A DNA stretch of 64,000 bases from Ignavibacteria bacterium. GTDB lineage: Bacteria > Bacteroidota > Ignavibacteria > Kapaibacteriales > Kapaibacteriaceae. Below the pieces are notes generated by a model. The model saw nothing but the letters and a program-made list of their open reading frames with translations. It ran no database searches and had not been told where the DNA came from. The translations under genes and the position numbers were made by a program. Below, piece after piece: positions 19,963-27,918 of the stretch; within the stretch, counting starts at the first letter, position 1, and the number at the start of each line of letters is the position of its first letter. The stretch covers positions 287,286-351,285 of the forward strand of contig VGVV01000001.1 of NCBI GenBank assembly GCA_016873895.1, in the 5' to 3' direction.

Positions 19963-20720
19963 TACGTTGATGCTTGTTGATGTAGTTGACGTAGAAACTT
20001 CACATCCTCCCATGTGTGCTTTTTCCACTCTGGGTTGCGCAAGAGTGCGGCAGGATGATATGTTACAATTGTGCGTATGCCGTGATAATCATGAATCTTT
20101 CCACGAAGCTGCGACATACTTTCGTTGTTCTTGAGCAGTGTGTTGGCTGCCGTCAGTCCCAGAGCGAGTATAAACTTCGGCTGTATGAGTTCTATCTGCT
20201 TCCAGAGGTAGGGCTCGCATTGGTCCGTTTCTGAAGCCAGCGGCCTACGGTTGTTGGGAGGTCTACATTTCAGGATGTTGCAGATAAACACCGCTTCACG
20301 CGGAAGCTCGATGGACTCTAAGATTTTTGTCAAGAGCCGACCAGCCCGACCAACAAATGGCAAGCCTTGTTCATCTTCATCTGCACCAGGTGCTTCGCCA
20401 ATCACCATGATATCTGCATTGGGGTTGCCACTGCCGAAGACGAACTTGGTTCGTGTTGCACCGAGTGGACATTTCATGCACTCACAGATCTCGGTCTGAA
20501 ATTGCTCAAGTGTTGTCACGTTGCTATAGCCTTCTGGTGCTGCATTGACGATAGGAGCCTGAGCAGCCTCTGCGTGGTTGGGTAGATTGTCCTCATCGAG
20601 AGGCTCGGCAGGGGGCAAACTACGAACAGGACGCTGTACGTGGTCAACGTACAACGTCCTGCCAAACATTTGCTCTTGCTGACGAAGATATCGTAGAAGC
20701 TCGGTTCTTGGATCTACCAT
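19962..20720 (-). CDS. Uracil-DNA glycosylase family 4 (Fe-S cluster type).
   Basis: GEAPGADEDEQGLPFVGRAGRLL active-site region and Cys ligands (CMKCPL...C). 252 aa. Confidence 0.9.
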   Translation of the reverse strand: MVDPRTELLRYLRQQEQMFGRTLYVDHVQRPVRSLPPAEPLDEDNLPNHAEAAQAPIVNAAPEGYSNVTTLEQFQTEICECMKCPLGATRTKFVFGSGNPNADIMVIGEAPGADEDEQGLPFVGRAGRLLTKILESIELPREAVFICNILKCRPPNNRRPLASETDQCEPYLWKQIELIQPKFILALGLTAANTLLKNNESMSQLRGKIHDYHGIRTIVTYHPAALLRNPEWKKHTWEDVKFLRQLHQQAST

Positions 20721-20729
20721 GCTTCTCGC

Positions 20730-23258
20730 TTACTCTTCATGTGCTTCTGCTTCTTCTGGTTCTTCGAGAGTCTCGCCCGCTTTCGACTTAACAGCAGTGA
20801 ACACAATGGTGTTTGACTTCTTGTCGAGCTTACCCTTGATGATGCTGCCGTCTGTAAAGCCCCCTCGAAGCATATCCTCTGCAATTGGATCTTCTACAAG
20901 TCGCTGAATCGTTCGGCGAAGTGGTCGTGCGCCATACTTTTCGTCAAAGCCCTTCTCGGCCAGGAACTCCTTAGCGGACTTTGCTACACCTAGTGTGATG
21001 TTTCGCGTTGACAGGCGCTTGACCAGGCTCTTGAGTTGAAGGTCGATGATGCGAACCATGTGCTCTTTCTTGAGCGTCTGGAATATCACATACTCGTCGA
21101 TCCGATTGAGGAATTCAGGATTGAAGAGCCGCTTCATCGTTTCTTCAACCGTTGACTTCATGTTTTGATAGTCATCGGCAGCAGCGTCTGATGTAAAACC
21201 GATCTTTCCACCGGCCTTCACATCTCGCATACCAACGTTGGACGTCATGATGATGATGGTGTTCTTAAAATCAATCCGACGTCCGAGACCATCAGTCAAC
21301 TGTCCATCATCGAATACTTGCAGGAGAATGTTAAACACATCTGGATGTGCCTTTTCGATCTCGTCAAGCAATACGATTGAATATGGCTTGCGCCTAACCT
21401 TTTCTGTTAGCTGTCCGCCTTCTTCATAGCCCACATATCCAGGTGGTGCGCCCACAAGACGAGATACGGAGAACTTCTCCATGTACTCGCTCATATCAAT
21501 TCTGATCAGGGCGTCTTCACTATCGAACATGTAACGCGCAAGTGCCTTTGCAAGCTCGGTCTTTCCAACACCAGTTGGACCTAAGAACATAAATGATCCA
21601 ATCGGACGCGATGGGTCTTTTAGTCCAGCACGAGCTCTTCGTATCGCCTTGGCTAGGTGTTCAACGGCTTCGTCCTGACCAATAACCTGAGACTTAAGCT
21701 CATCGGCCATCTTCAAGAGTTTTGCCGTTTCTCCCTCTGCAATTCTGTTTACCGGAATTCCGGTCATCATCGCAATCACATCGGCAACATCTTCTTCGGT
21801 AACATCGTAAGCAACATCCGTAGCATTGGATTCCCACTGCTCCTTCACTTGCTCGAGTTCTGTAAGGTGCTGCTTCTCAAGATCGCGCAAACGAGCGGCC
21901 TCTTCGAAATTTTGCGACTTCACAACCTGATTCTTCTGCAGGCGCACCTCCTCGATTTTTGCCTCGAGTTCAAGCACCTCTTTGGGAACATGAATGTGAG
22001 CCAGATGCACGCGAGCACCTGCTTCATCCATCACATCTAGGGCTTTATCGGGTAAAAATCTATCTGTGATATACCTGTCTGCCATCATAACGCATGCATG
22101 CACAGACTCGTCTGTAAACCGCACACCATGATGCTTTTCATAACGATCGCGAACGTTCGTCAGAATCTGAATTGTTTCTTCTGCAGTTGGTGGCTCTACA
22201 AGAATCTTTTGGAATCGCCTATCGAGTGCGCCATCCTTCTCAATAAACTGGCGGTACTCATCCAGAGTAGTTGCACCGATGCATTGGATGTCTCCACGAG
22301 CAAGTGCAGGCTTAAACATGTTTGAGGCATCCAGCGAGCCACTTGCTCCACCGGCACCTACAATCGTGTGTAACTCATCGATAAACAGTATCACGTCTTT
22401 AGCCTTTTCAAGCTCAGACATCACCGCCTTCATGCGCTCTTCGAACTGCCCCCTGTACTTCGTTCCTGCCACAAGTGCGGCAAGGTCCAGGGTTACAATG
22501 CGCTTATCGAACAGCACACGAGAAACTTTTTTATCAATGATGCGAATTGCCAACCCTTCGATGATGGCCGTCTTACCAACACCGGGTTCGCCGATGAGTA
22601 CTGGATTGTTTTTCTTCCTTCTTGAGAGCACCTGTGCGACACGCTCGATTTCCTTCTCGCGGCCAATAACAGGGTCTAACTTACCTTCTACCGCAAGCTT
22701 TGTGAGATCACGCCCAAAATTGTCCAACACTGGGGTCTTGGCCTTTTCCAATGCTGGTTTTGACTTACCCGTGGCGGAGGAGGATGCTGCCCTCTCAGGA
22801 CGCTGTGGGGCCGGGGTTGACTTGCCACTTAGGTAGGCATCTAGTTCTTTACGAACGCTGTCGTAATTAACGGTGAACTGCCCTAGAATCTGCGCTGCGA
22901 TGTTGTCCTCATCACGCAGTAACGAAAGCAGCAAATGCTCGGTACCGATTACATCAGCTTTGTAAAGCTTTGCCTCGAGATAGGTGATCTTGAGAACTTT
23001 CTCAGCCTGCTTGGTCAGCGGGATGTTGCCGATCGTAAGTGGCCCACTCATAGTGCGGACCGTATCTTCGATTGCCCGTTTGAGTTTGCTCAGATCAACG
23101 CCAAGATTTCGAAGAATCTTGATGCCTATGCCTTCGCCTTCACGGATTATGCCAAGCAGGAGGTGCTCGGTACCGATGTAGTCGTGTCCGAGGCGCAATG
23201 CCTCCTCACGGCTGAGGCGTATAACGTCTTGAACACGATTTGAAAAATTGCCTTCCAT
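20730..23258 (-). CDS. clpC: ATP-dependent Clp protease ATP-binding subunit ClpC (Clp/Hsp100 AAA+).
   Basis: Two N-terminal Clp-N repeats, two AAA+ modules (GEPGVGKT, GPTGVGKT) and a short UVR-like middle domain (FEEAARLRDLEKQ). The short middle domain points to ClpC rather than ClpB. 842 aa. Confidence 0.9.
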   Translation of the reverse strand: MEGNFSNRVQDVIRLSREEALRLGHDYIGTEHLLLGIIREGEGIGIKILRNLGVDLSKLKRAIEDTVRTMSGPLTIGNIPLTKQAEKVLKITYLEAKLYKADVIGTEHLLLSLLRDEDNIAAQILGQFTVNYDSVRKELDAYLSGKSTPAPQRPERAASSSATGKSKPALEKAKTPVLDNFGRDLTKLAVEGKLDPVIGREKEIERVAQVLSRRKKNNPVLIGEPGVGKTAIIEGLAIRIIDKKVSRVLFDKRIVTLDLAALVAGTKYRGQFEERMKAVMSELEKAKDVILFIDELHTIVGAGGASGSLDASNMFKPALARGDIQCIGATTLDEYRQFIEKDGALDRRFQKILVEPPTAEETIQILTNVRDRYEKHHGVRFTDESVHACVMMADRYITDRFLPDKALDVMDEAGARVHLAHIHVPKEVLELEAKIEEVRLQKNQVVKSQNFEEAARLRDLEKQHLTELEQVKEQWESNATDVAYDVTEEDVADVIAMMTGIPVNRIAEGETAKLLKMADELKSQVIGQDEAVEHLAKAIRRARAGLKDPSRPIGSFMFLGPTGVGKTELAKALARYMFDSEDALIRIDMSEYMEKFSVSRLVGAPPGYVGYEEGGQLTEKVRRKPYSIVLLDEIEKAHPDVFNILLQVFDDGQLTDGLGRRIDFKNTIIIMTSNVGMRDVKAGGKIGFTSDAAADDYQNMKSTVEETMKRLFNPEFLNRIDEYVIFQTLKKEHMVRIIDLQLKSLVKRLSTRNITLGVAKSAKEFLAEKGFDEKYGARPLRRTIQRLVEDPIAEDMLRGGFTDGSIIKGKLDKKSNTIVFTAVKSKAGETLEEPEEAEAHEE

Positions 23259-23379
23259 GGCCGAGATCCTCGTTGAACGTGATGATGGTTACTCAAAGAC
23301 GAACAACCAGCCGTTCTGTTACTTGCAGAAATATACCACGTCAATCCGACGGCCTCGATGGGAGATTATTCACATCCAC

Positions 23380-24297
23380 TCAATCCATCAAATCCTTCAC
23401 CACTCCTATTCGAGCTACCAATTGCGGCAATGTTACAACCTTAGGCGTCTTGGCTATGGGAACAGACTTCTGAGCTGCAGAGCCCTTTTGCTTGCCCGCT
23501 TTGGCCACTGGCTCGGAAGATACCGCGACAGCTGGCTGAATCTGCTGGACAGGGGATGCTTCGTATATATAACGCAGGCGTACATCGCCGTTCTTCACAG
23601 GGCGAAGACGCGCCTTTAGCGTATCAATTCTCTCCTGTACTAGCGCCTTATTAGGATCTTCTGGATTTGCCTGGCGCACAGGCTCAGTGGGAAGGGGCTG
23701 ACCCTTTTTCACTTTTTTACAGGCTTTTGCCCACGCATCATGTTCTTTCCTATACGCAGCATCTACGGCAGCGATTGCTGCTGCAAACTTGTCTTCATCT
23801 GCGGCTAGAGTTAGTACAATGTTCATCGACTGATTTGTCTTCATCAGTGCAGACAACTCTTCAAGCGTTTTTAGGCCCTGGGGCGTGAGCGACGCTGTGT
23901 TCTTGGAGAACATACCAGACGACTGCAGCACCTCTGCACCCTGCACGAGAGACTTGACGGTAATATCACGTTTAATGATCTTAAACTTCTCTGATGCAGG
24001 TATATCAATGGTTTCTTCCTTACGATAGACATTGTATCCAGTAATGGCAACCTTGTGTGGTCCCGACTCTGCAAGAGTCTGGAGATACGATCCATCCTTT
24101 GAGTTCGAATTGATTGAAATGCGTTTCCCCGAAGGCGTAAAAATGTAGATCTTCACTCCAACAGGCGCCCCTGTTGTCTCATCACGAATTAAACCTTCAA
24201 GATTCATATTCGCTTGCTGAGCAAGGCTGGCAACAGCACCTGATATGATTACCGATACAACGAGCAACATGTTGATCATTCGTGTACTTGCAGTCAC
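23380..24297 (-). CDS. Hypothetical secreted protein or lipoprotein, 305 aa.
   Basis: Signal peptide (MINMLLVVSVIISGAVASLAQ) and a Lys/Ala-rich low-complexity C-terminus. Confidence 0.6.
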   Translation of the reverse strand: MTASTRMINMLLVVSVIISGAVASLAQQANMNLEGLIRDETTGAPVGVKIYIFTPSGKRISINSNSKDGSYLQTLAESGPHKVAITGYNVYRKEETIDIPASEKFKIIKRDITVKSLVQGAEVLQSSGMFSKNTASLTPQGLKTLEELSALMKTNQSMNIVLTLAADEDKFAAAIAAVDAAYRKEHDAWAKACKKVKKGQPLPTEPVRQANPEDPNKALVQERIDTLKARLRPVKNGDVRLRYIYEASPVQQIQPAVAVSSEPVAKAGKQKGSAAQKSVPIAKTPKVVTLPQLVARIGVVKDLMD

Positions 24298-24300
24298 GTA

Positions 24301-25068
24301 CTACCCCTTTGTTGAATTCAAAAAAGATGCAATGCCGTTTTTGCAGTCATCTGTCTGACGTGCAAGAGCATTCATAACTGTAGCATATTCAAGACCTGCA
24401 TCAAGCGACATGCCATGCACGGCATTGAGCATATGCTTTGTAAGCCCCATGGCTGAGAAGCTATTCCTAGCTAGTCGAGCTGCCAGTGAATACACCTCTG
24501 ACTCTAATGCCTCATCGTCTACTACATGTGTAATCATGTGTAATCTGTGTGCCTCTTCTGCGGAGATATTCTCTGCACTCAGAAGAAGTCTGCGCGCCTG
24601 TGCGTCGCCAATCTTTCGAACCAGATAGACAAGCACAATTGCCGGTATAAAGCCAATTCGTACCTCTGAATATCCGAACTGCGCCTTTGAACGGCCAGCA
24701 AGAATAAAGTCGCATACTGTTGCCAGACCGCAGCCACCCGCAATTGCAGGGCCATGCACCATGGCTATAACAGGCTTGGGGCATTCAACAATCGACTGCA
24801 ACATGTTTTTCAATGCTGTAGAGTCTTCTACATTCTGCGTTGGCGATAGCTCTGATACCTTCTGCAGATAGGCTAAATCTGCACCAGCACAGAATGCACT
24901 GCCAGCACCTCGCAAAACAATCACTCGAACTGCATCGTCGGACGCACATTGCTGCATCGCCCCATGAAGTGCAGCTATCAGCTCGGTGCTCAGAGAATTA
25001 CGTTTCTCAGCTCTGTTGAGCAACAGCGTTGCAATTCCATCTGCAATTGTGGTGGTAAGCACATTCAT
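24301..25068 (-). CDS. Enoyl-CoA hydratase/isomerase (crotonase) family protein.
   Basis: Crotonase fold motifs VIVLRGAGSAFCAGADL and the oxyanion-hole region. 255 aa. Confidence 0.9.
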   Translation of the reverse strand: MNVLTTTIADGIATLLLNRAEKRNSLSTELIAALHGAMQQCASDDAVRVIVLRGAGSAFCAGADLAYLQKVSELSPTQNVEDSTALKNMLQSIVECPKPVIAMVHGPAIAGGCGLATVCDFILAGRSKAQFGYSEVRIGFIPAIVLVYLVRKIGDAQARRLLLSAENISAEEAHRLHMITHVVDDEALESEVYSLAARLARNSFSAMGLTKHMLNAVHGMSLDAGLEYATVMNALARQTDDCKNGIASFLNSTKG

Positions 25069-25104
25069 GCGGGCAAAGATACGGTTCTTGTGACGTCTAT
25101 TGAG

Positions 25105-27918
25105 CTACCTTTGAACTACCAATGTTCGGTGATGTGTCTCTACGTTATCAGAAACTGTAACGATGTAGACACCCTGGGCAAGAGGTGTGATATCAATAGG
25201 CACAACTGCACGTTCAGCAGGAACAGATCGTTCGTATGCACAAAGGGTGCGGCCATGAGCATCTGCGATGCCAATGACAACGTCGCTCTTCATCCCATCA
25301 ACAGGAACATGAATGAATCCCGTTGCCGGATTCGGGAAGATTTCACGAATCGGCGCCAGAATCCATGGCGAATTTGTGTTTGCGTACACAGAATGCGCCT
25401 TGGTTCTTGCCAGTGCTGCTGCATTCAGCGTGGTGTCGATGGCTATCACAAGCTGAAAATTTCGAATATGCCCCGGTGGCAGAGGGCTTGTAAACCGCAT
25501 ACCAACAATTGTAGCTACATCATTTACACCACTGTATTTCGCCTCCTGTCCACGCAGAAGTGCACTCTTGCGCTTCCAAGGAAATCCGCCATAGGTCGAC
25601 GTGTTATCCATACCATGAAGCACAGGTATTGCATCCGACCATGTTGATGTTACATACTGCGCTAGGAATGGACCCTCTGCGCTTGCACTGCGAACCATCT
25701 GCAGATCGGAGTCTGTGTATGTGCTGTTGTCGGCAGGCTGACGTCCAAGATCCCAGTCGCAAAACCACCCAATCGCAACGTCATGCAATGTTGAATCCGA
25801 AACATTGGTTAGGGTAACATCCATCACCAATAATGCACGCACTGAGTCGAGCGATACCCGTTGTTCGATCTGCACACCTATACGAAGCGAATCAGGAGCA
25901 TAGATATCCTGGAGTATGCCGTACTCACTCTGCGGACGAACAAAATCTTTCATTGATCCAAAGTGATTGTTAATCCCTCGTTCTGCCCTGACATTGTCAA
26001 CAACTTTATCATCAGCAGCTACGATCAGTCCGCCCTCATAGAGTTGACCGCAGTAGGTAAGGAAGGTCAAGCCTTCGCCCTGCCCACGCTGCAGATCAGT
26101 ATTGCCTATTCGCCCCCTATCCCCGATACTTACCTTCATAGAGGCATTTGCTAGGGTGGTGTACGCTGGTGACGGGGTAACGGCGCACAACACCACCTGC
26201 TCAAAGGTTGCTCCAGCAGTATTCTTTCCACGCACAGTAACAACGGCATACGTGGCAGTGTCTGTTGCGCGCGTTACAACGAACTTTATCGCAGGTAACG
26301 CTATAGTTTCTCCATGCTGAGCCGGTAGATTTACATCAACGCTGGTATTGTGAAGGAGTTCGATTCCACGCGGACCAATTCCTGCTAGACGAATGCCGTC
26401 GATCTGTGTAATCATCATGGCAGACAGTTCATTTCGCACACGAAGAGTAACATCGATGGTATCGCCTACTGTCCAGCGTGCAGCGCCATTGGGCCCCCTA
26501 ACCAGAGCAGTATCGAAAGCCAACGACACAAGATCGTTGGGATTGCCAAGGACCGCACCCAAAGCATCAACACGTCCACGCGGCAGCAGCAGCGGATCAA
26601 CGGATGATGGTATCGACGCCCACGGTGCCGGCTTAGCAGTTGCACGCACAACTGCACAGGCCTCGAGCGGACCAAGCTCGGGATGCTTTGAGCGGACCAA
26701 TGCTACTACACCTGAGACTATAGGAGCAGAGCCTGATGTACAACAAAACCCTGCGTAACCACCATCGTTAGCCGTACTCCAACTGCCATGTCCAGGGGCC
26801 ATGATGTCTACATGTGGTCCATGACCCGACATCGGCACAACGTTGTCTGTGGCATCAACAACACCTACAGAAAACACACCACGATACGAAGCTGGAAAAA
26901 ACGGTGTTGGCAAACCATGGTTCCCTGCTGCGGCAACAACAGCAGTGCCACGCGCTACAGCATATGCTACGATGTCTTCATCAATGCATGAGCGAGACTG
27001 CCCGCCCCATGAACAATTCACAACATCAATGCCGTTCGTGGCGCAGTACATAATAGATTCATACCCATACACAATACCCGTTGTTCCCTTAGGCATCGTA
27101 CGCAACGGAAAGATCTTGCATGAGTTGGCAATTCCAGCAATCCCAATGTTGTTGTTCACTCGAGCACCACACGTGCCAGCAACACTCGTTCCATGGCCAT
27201 TATCTGGGTTGTGGGCATTTGAATACCCAACTCCATCGTCTTTCGCCGAGAATGAGTATCCGTTGTAATCATCAATGTAGCCGTTGTTGTCATCGTCGGT
27301 ATTGTTGTCTGGTATCTCCGACGTACGCACGAAGAGTGCGTCTTTGAGATCTTCGTGGTCCTGGCGCACGCCACTGTCGCTAATGCCAATAACCACGGAG
27401 TCTGAACCATCCTCGACATCCCACGCTTGCGTAGCCCGAATCAAGGATAGTAGGCCCTGCTTTGATGACTCTGGGTCGTTTGGCTCACCACATAGCTCCA
27501 TTACACACCACGGCGCTGCGCATTCCACCGGACCGCAGCCAACACGGATGTTCTCAATCATACGCTCTGGTGTGATATCCTCCCTATCGAAGGCAACCAC
27601 ATAGGAGCGCAACAAACGATCCTCGATTTCTAATGCGCTGCTGATATCTGTAAGGCGATGCCCGAGACGTTGTGCATCCTGAGCTTGCAGTGATTGCCCA
27701 TATGGCAGCACCTGGCGAACTATACGAAGGCCCATCTCGTGCAGCACAGCATCAGCCACTGGAGCATACGCGCGCGCTATCCGTACCTTGAGATGTCCGG
27801 CAACCACGGCGTCAGGACGTGAAGGGGGCTCGGCTGGCAAATAGCGCAATTGCGCACTCGCAATGGCAGCAGCCGTAAAAAAACAGATCCATGAATACAC
27901 TGTGGGCATCAATTGCAT
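25105..27918 (-). CDS. Subtilisin-like S8 serine peptidase with a T9SS-type C-terminal sorting domain.
   Basis: Asp, His and Ser catalytic motifs (GYIDDYNGYSF region; GHGTSVAGT; CTSGSAPIVSG). The C-terminus (FPNPATGFIHVP ... GVYIVTV...) matches a T9SS C-terminal domain (CTD). The start may instead be the ATG at 27909, which overlaps the upstream stop by 1 nt. Confidence 0.85.
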   Translation of the reverse strand: MQLMPTVYSWICFFTAAAIASAQLRYLPAEPPSRPDAVVAGHLKVRIARAYAPVADAVLHEMGLRIVRQVLPYGQSLQAQDAQRLGHRLTDISSALEIEDRLLRSYVVAFDREDITPERMIENIRVGCGPVECAAPWCVMELCGEPNDPESSKQGLLSLIRATQAWDVEDGSDSVVIGISDSGVRQDHEDLKDALFVRTSEIPDNNTDDDNNGYIDDYNGYSFSAKDDGVGYSNAHNPDNGHGTSVAGTCGARVNNNIGIAGIANSCKIFPLRTMPKGTTGIVYGYESIMYCATNGIDVVNCSWGGQSRSCIDEDIVAYAVARGTAVVAAAGNHGLPTPFFPASYRGVFSVGVVDATDNVVPMSGHGPHVDIMAPGHGSWSTANDGGYAGFCCTSGSAPIVSGVVALVRSKHPELGPLEACAVVRATAKPAPWASIPSSVDPLLLPRGRVDALGAVLGNPNDLVSLAFDTALVRGPNGAARWTVGDTIDVTLRVRNELSAMMITQIDGIRLAGIGPRGIELLHNTSVDVNLPAQHGETIALPAIKFVVTRATDTATYAVVTVRGKNTAGATFEQVVLCAVTPSPAYTTLANASMKVSIGDRGRIGNTDLQRGQGEGLTFLTYCGQLYEGGLIVAADDKVVDNVRAERGINNHFGSMKDFVRPQSEYGILQDIYAPDSLRIGVQIEQRVSLDSVRALLVMDVTLTNVSDSTLHDVAIGWFCDWDLGRQPADNSTYTDSDLQMVRSASAEGPFLAQYVTSTWSDAIPVLHGMDNTSTYGGFPWKRKSALLRGQEAKYSGVNDVATIVGMRFTSPLPPGHIRNFQLVIAIDTTLNAAALARTKAHSVYANTNSPWILAPIREIFPNPATGFIHVPVDGMKSDVVIGIADAHGRTLCAYERSVPAERAVVPIDITPLAQGVYIVTVSDNVETHHRTLVVQR

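Noticed and set aside
22279-22836. 185-aa ORF antisense to clpC.
   Set aside because: Shadow ORF within clpC with a Ser/Pro-rich nonsense-like composition.
20730-23258. Calling the Clp ATPase ClpB.
   Set aside because: The middle domain is short (UVR-like motif FEEAARLRDLEKQ) rather than the long coiled-coil M-domain of ClpB. ClpC is the better call.
24949-25647. 232-aa Cys-rich ORF on the plus strand spanning the enoyl-CoA hydratase/S8 junction.
   Set aside because: It overlaps two well-supported minus-strand genes. Its composition is Cys/Arg/His-rich, as expected for an antisense frame.
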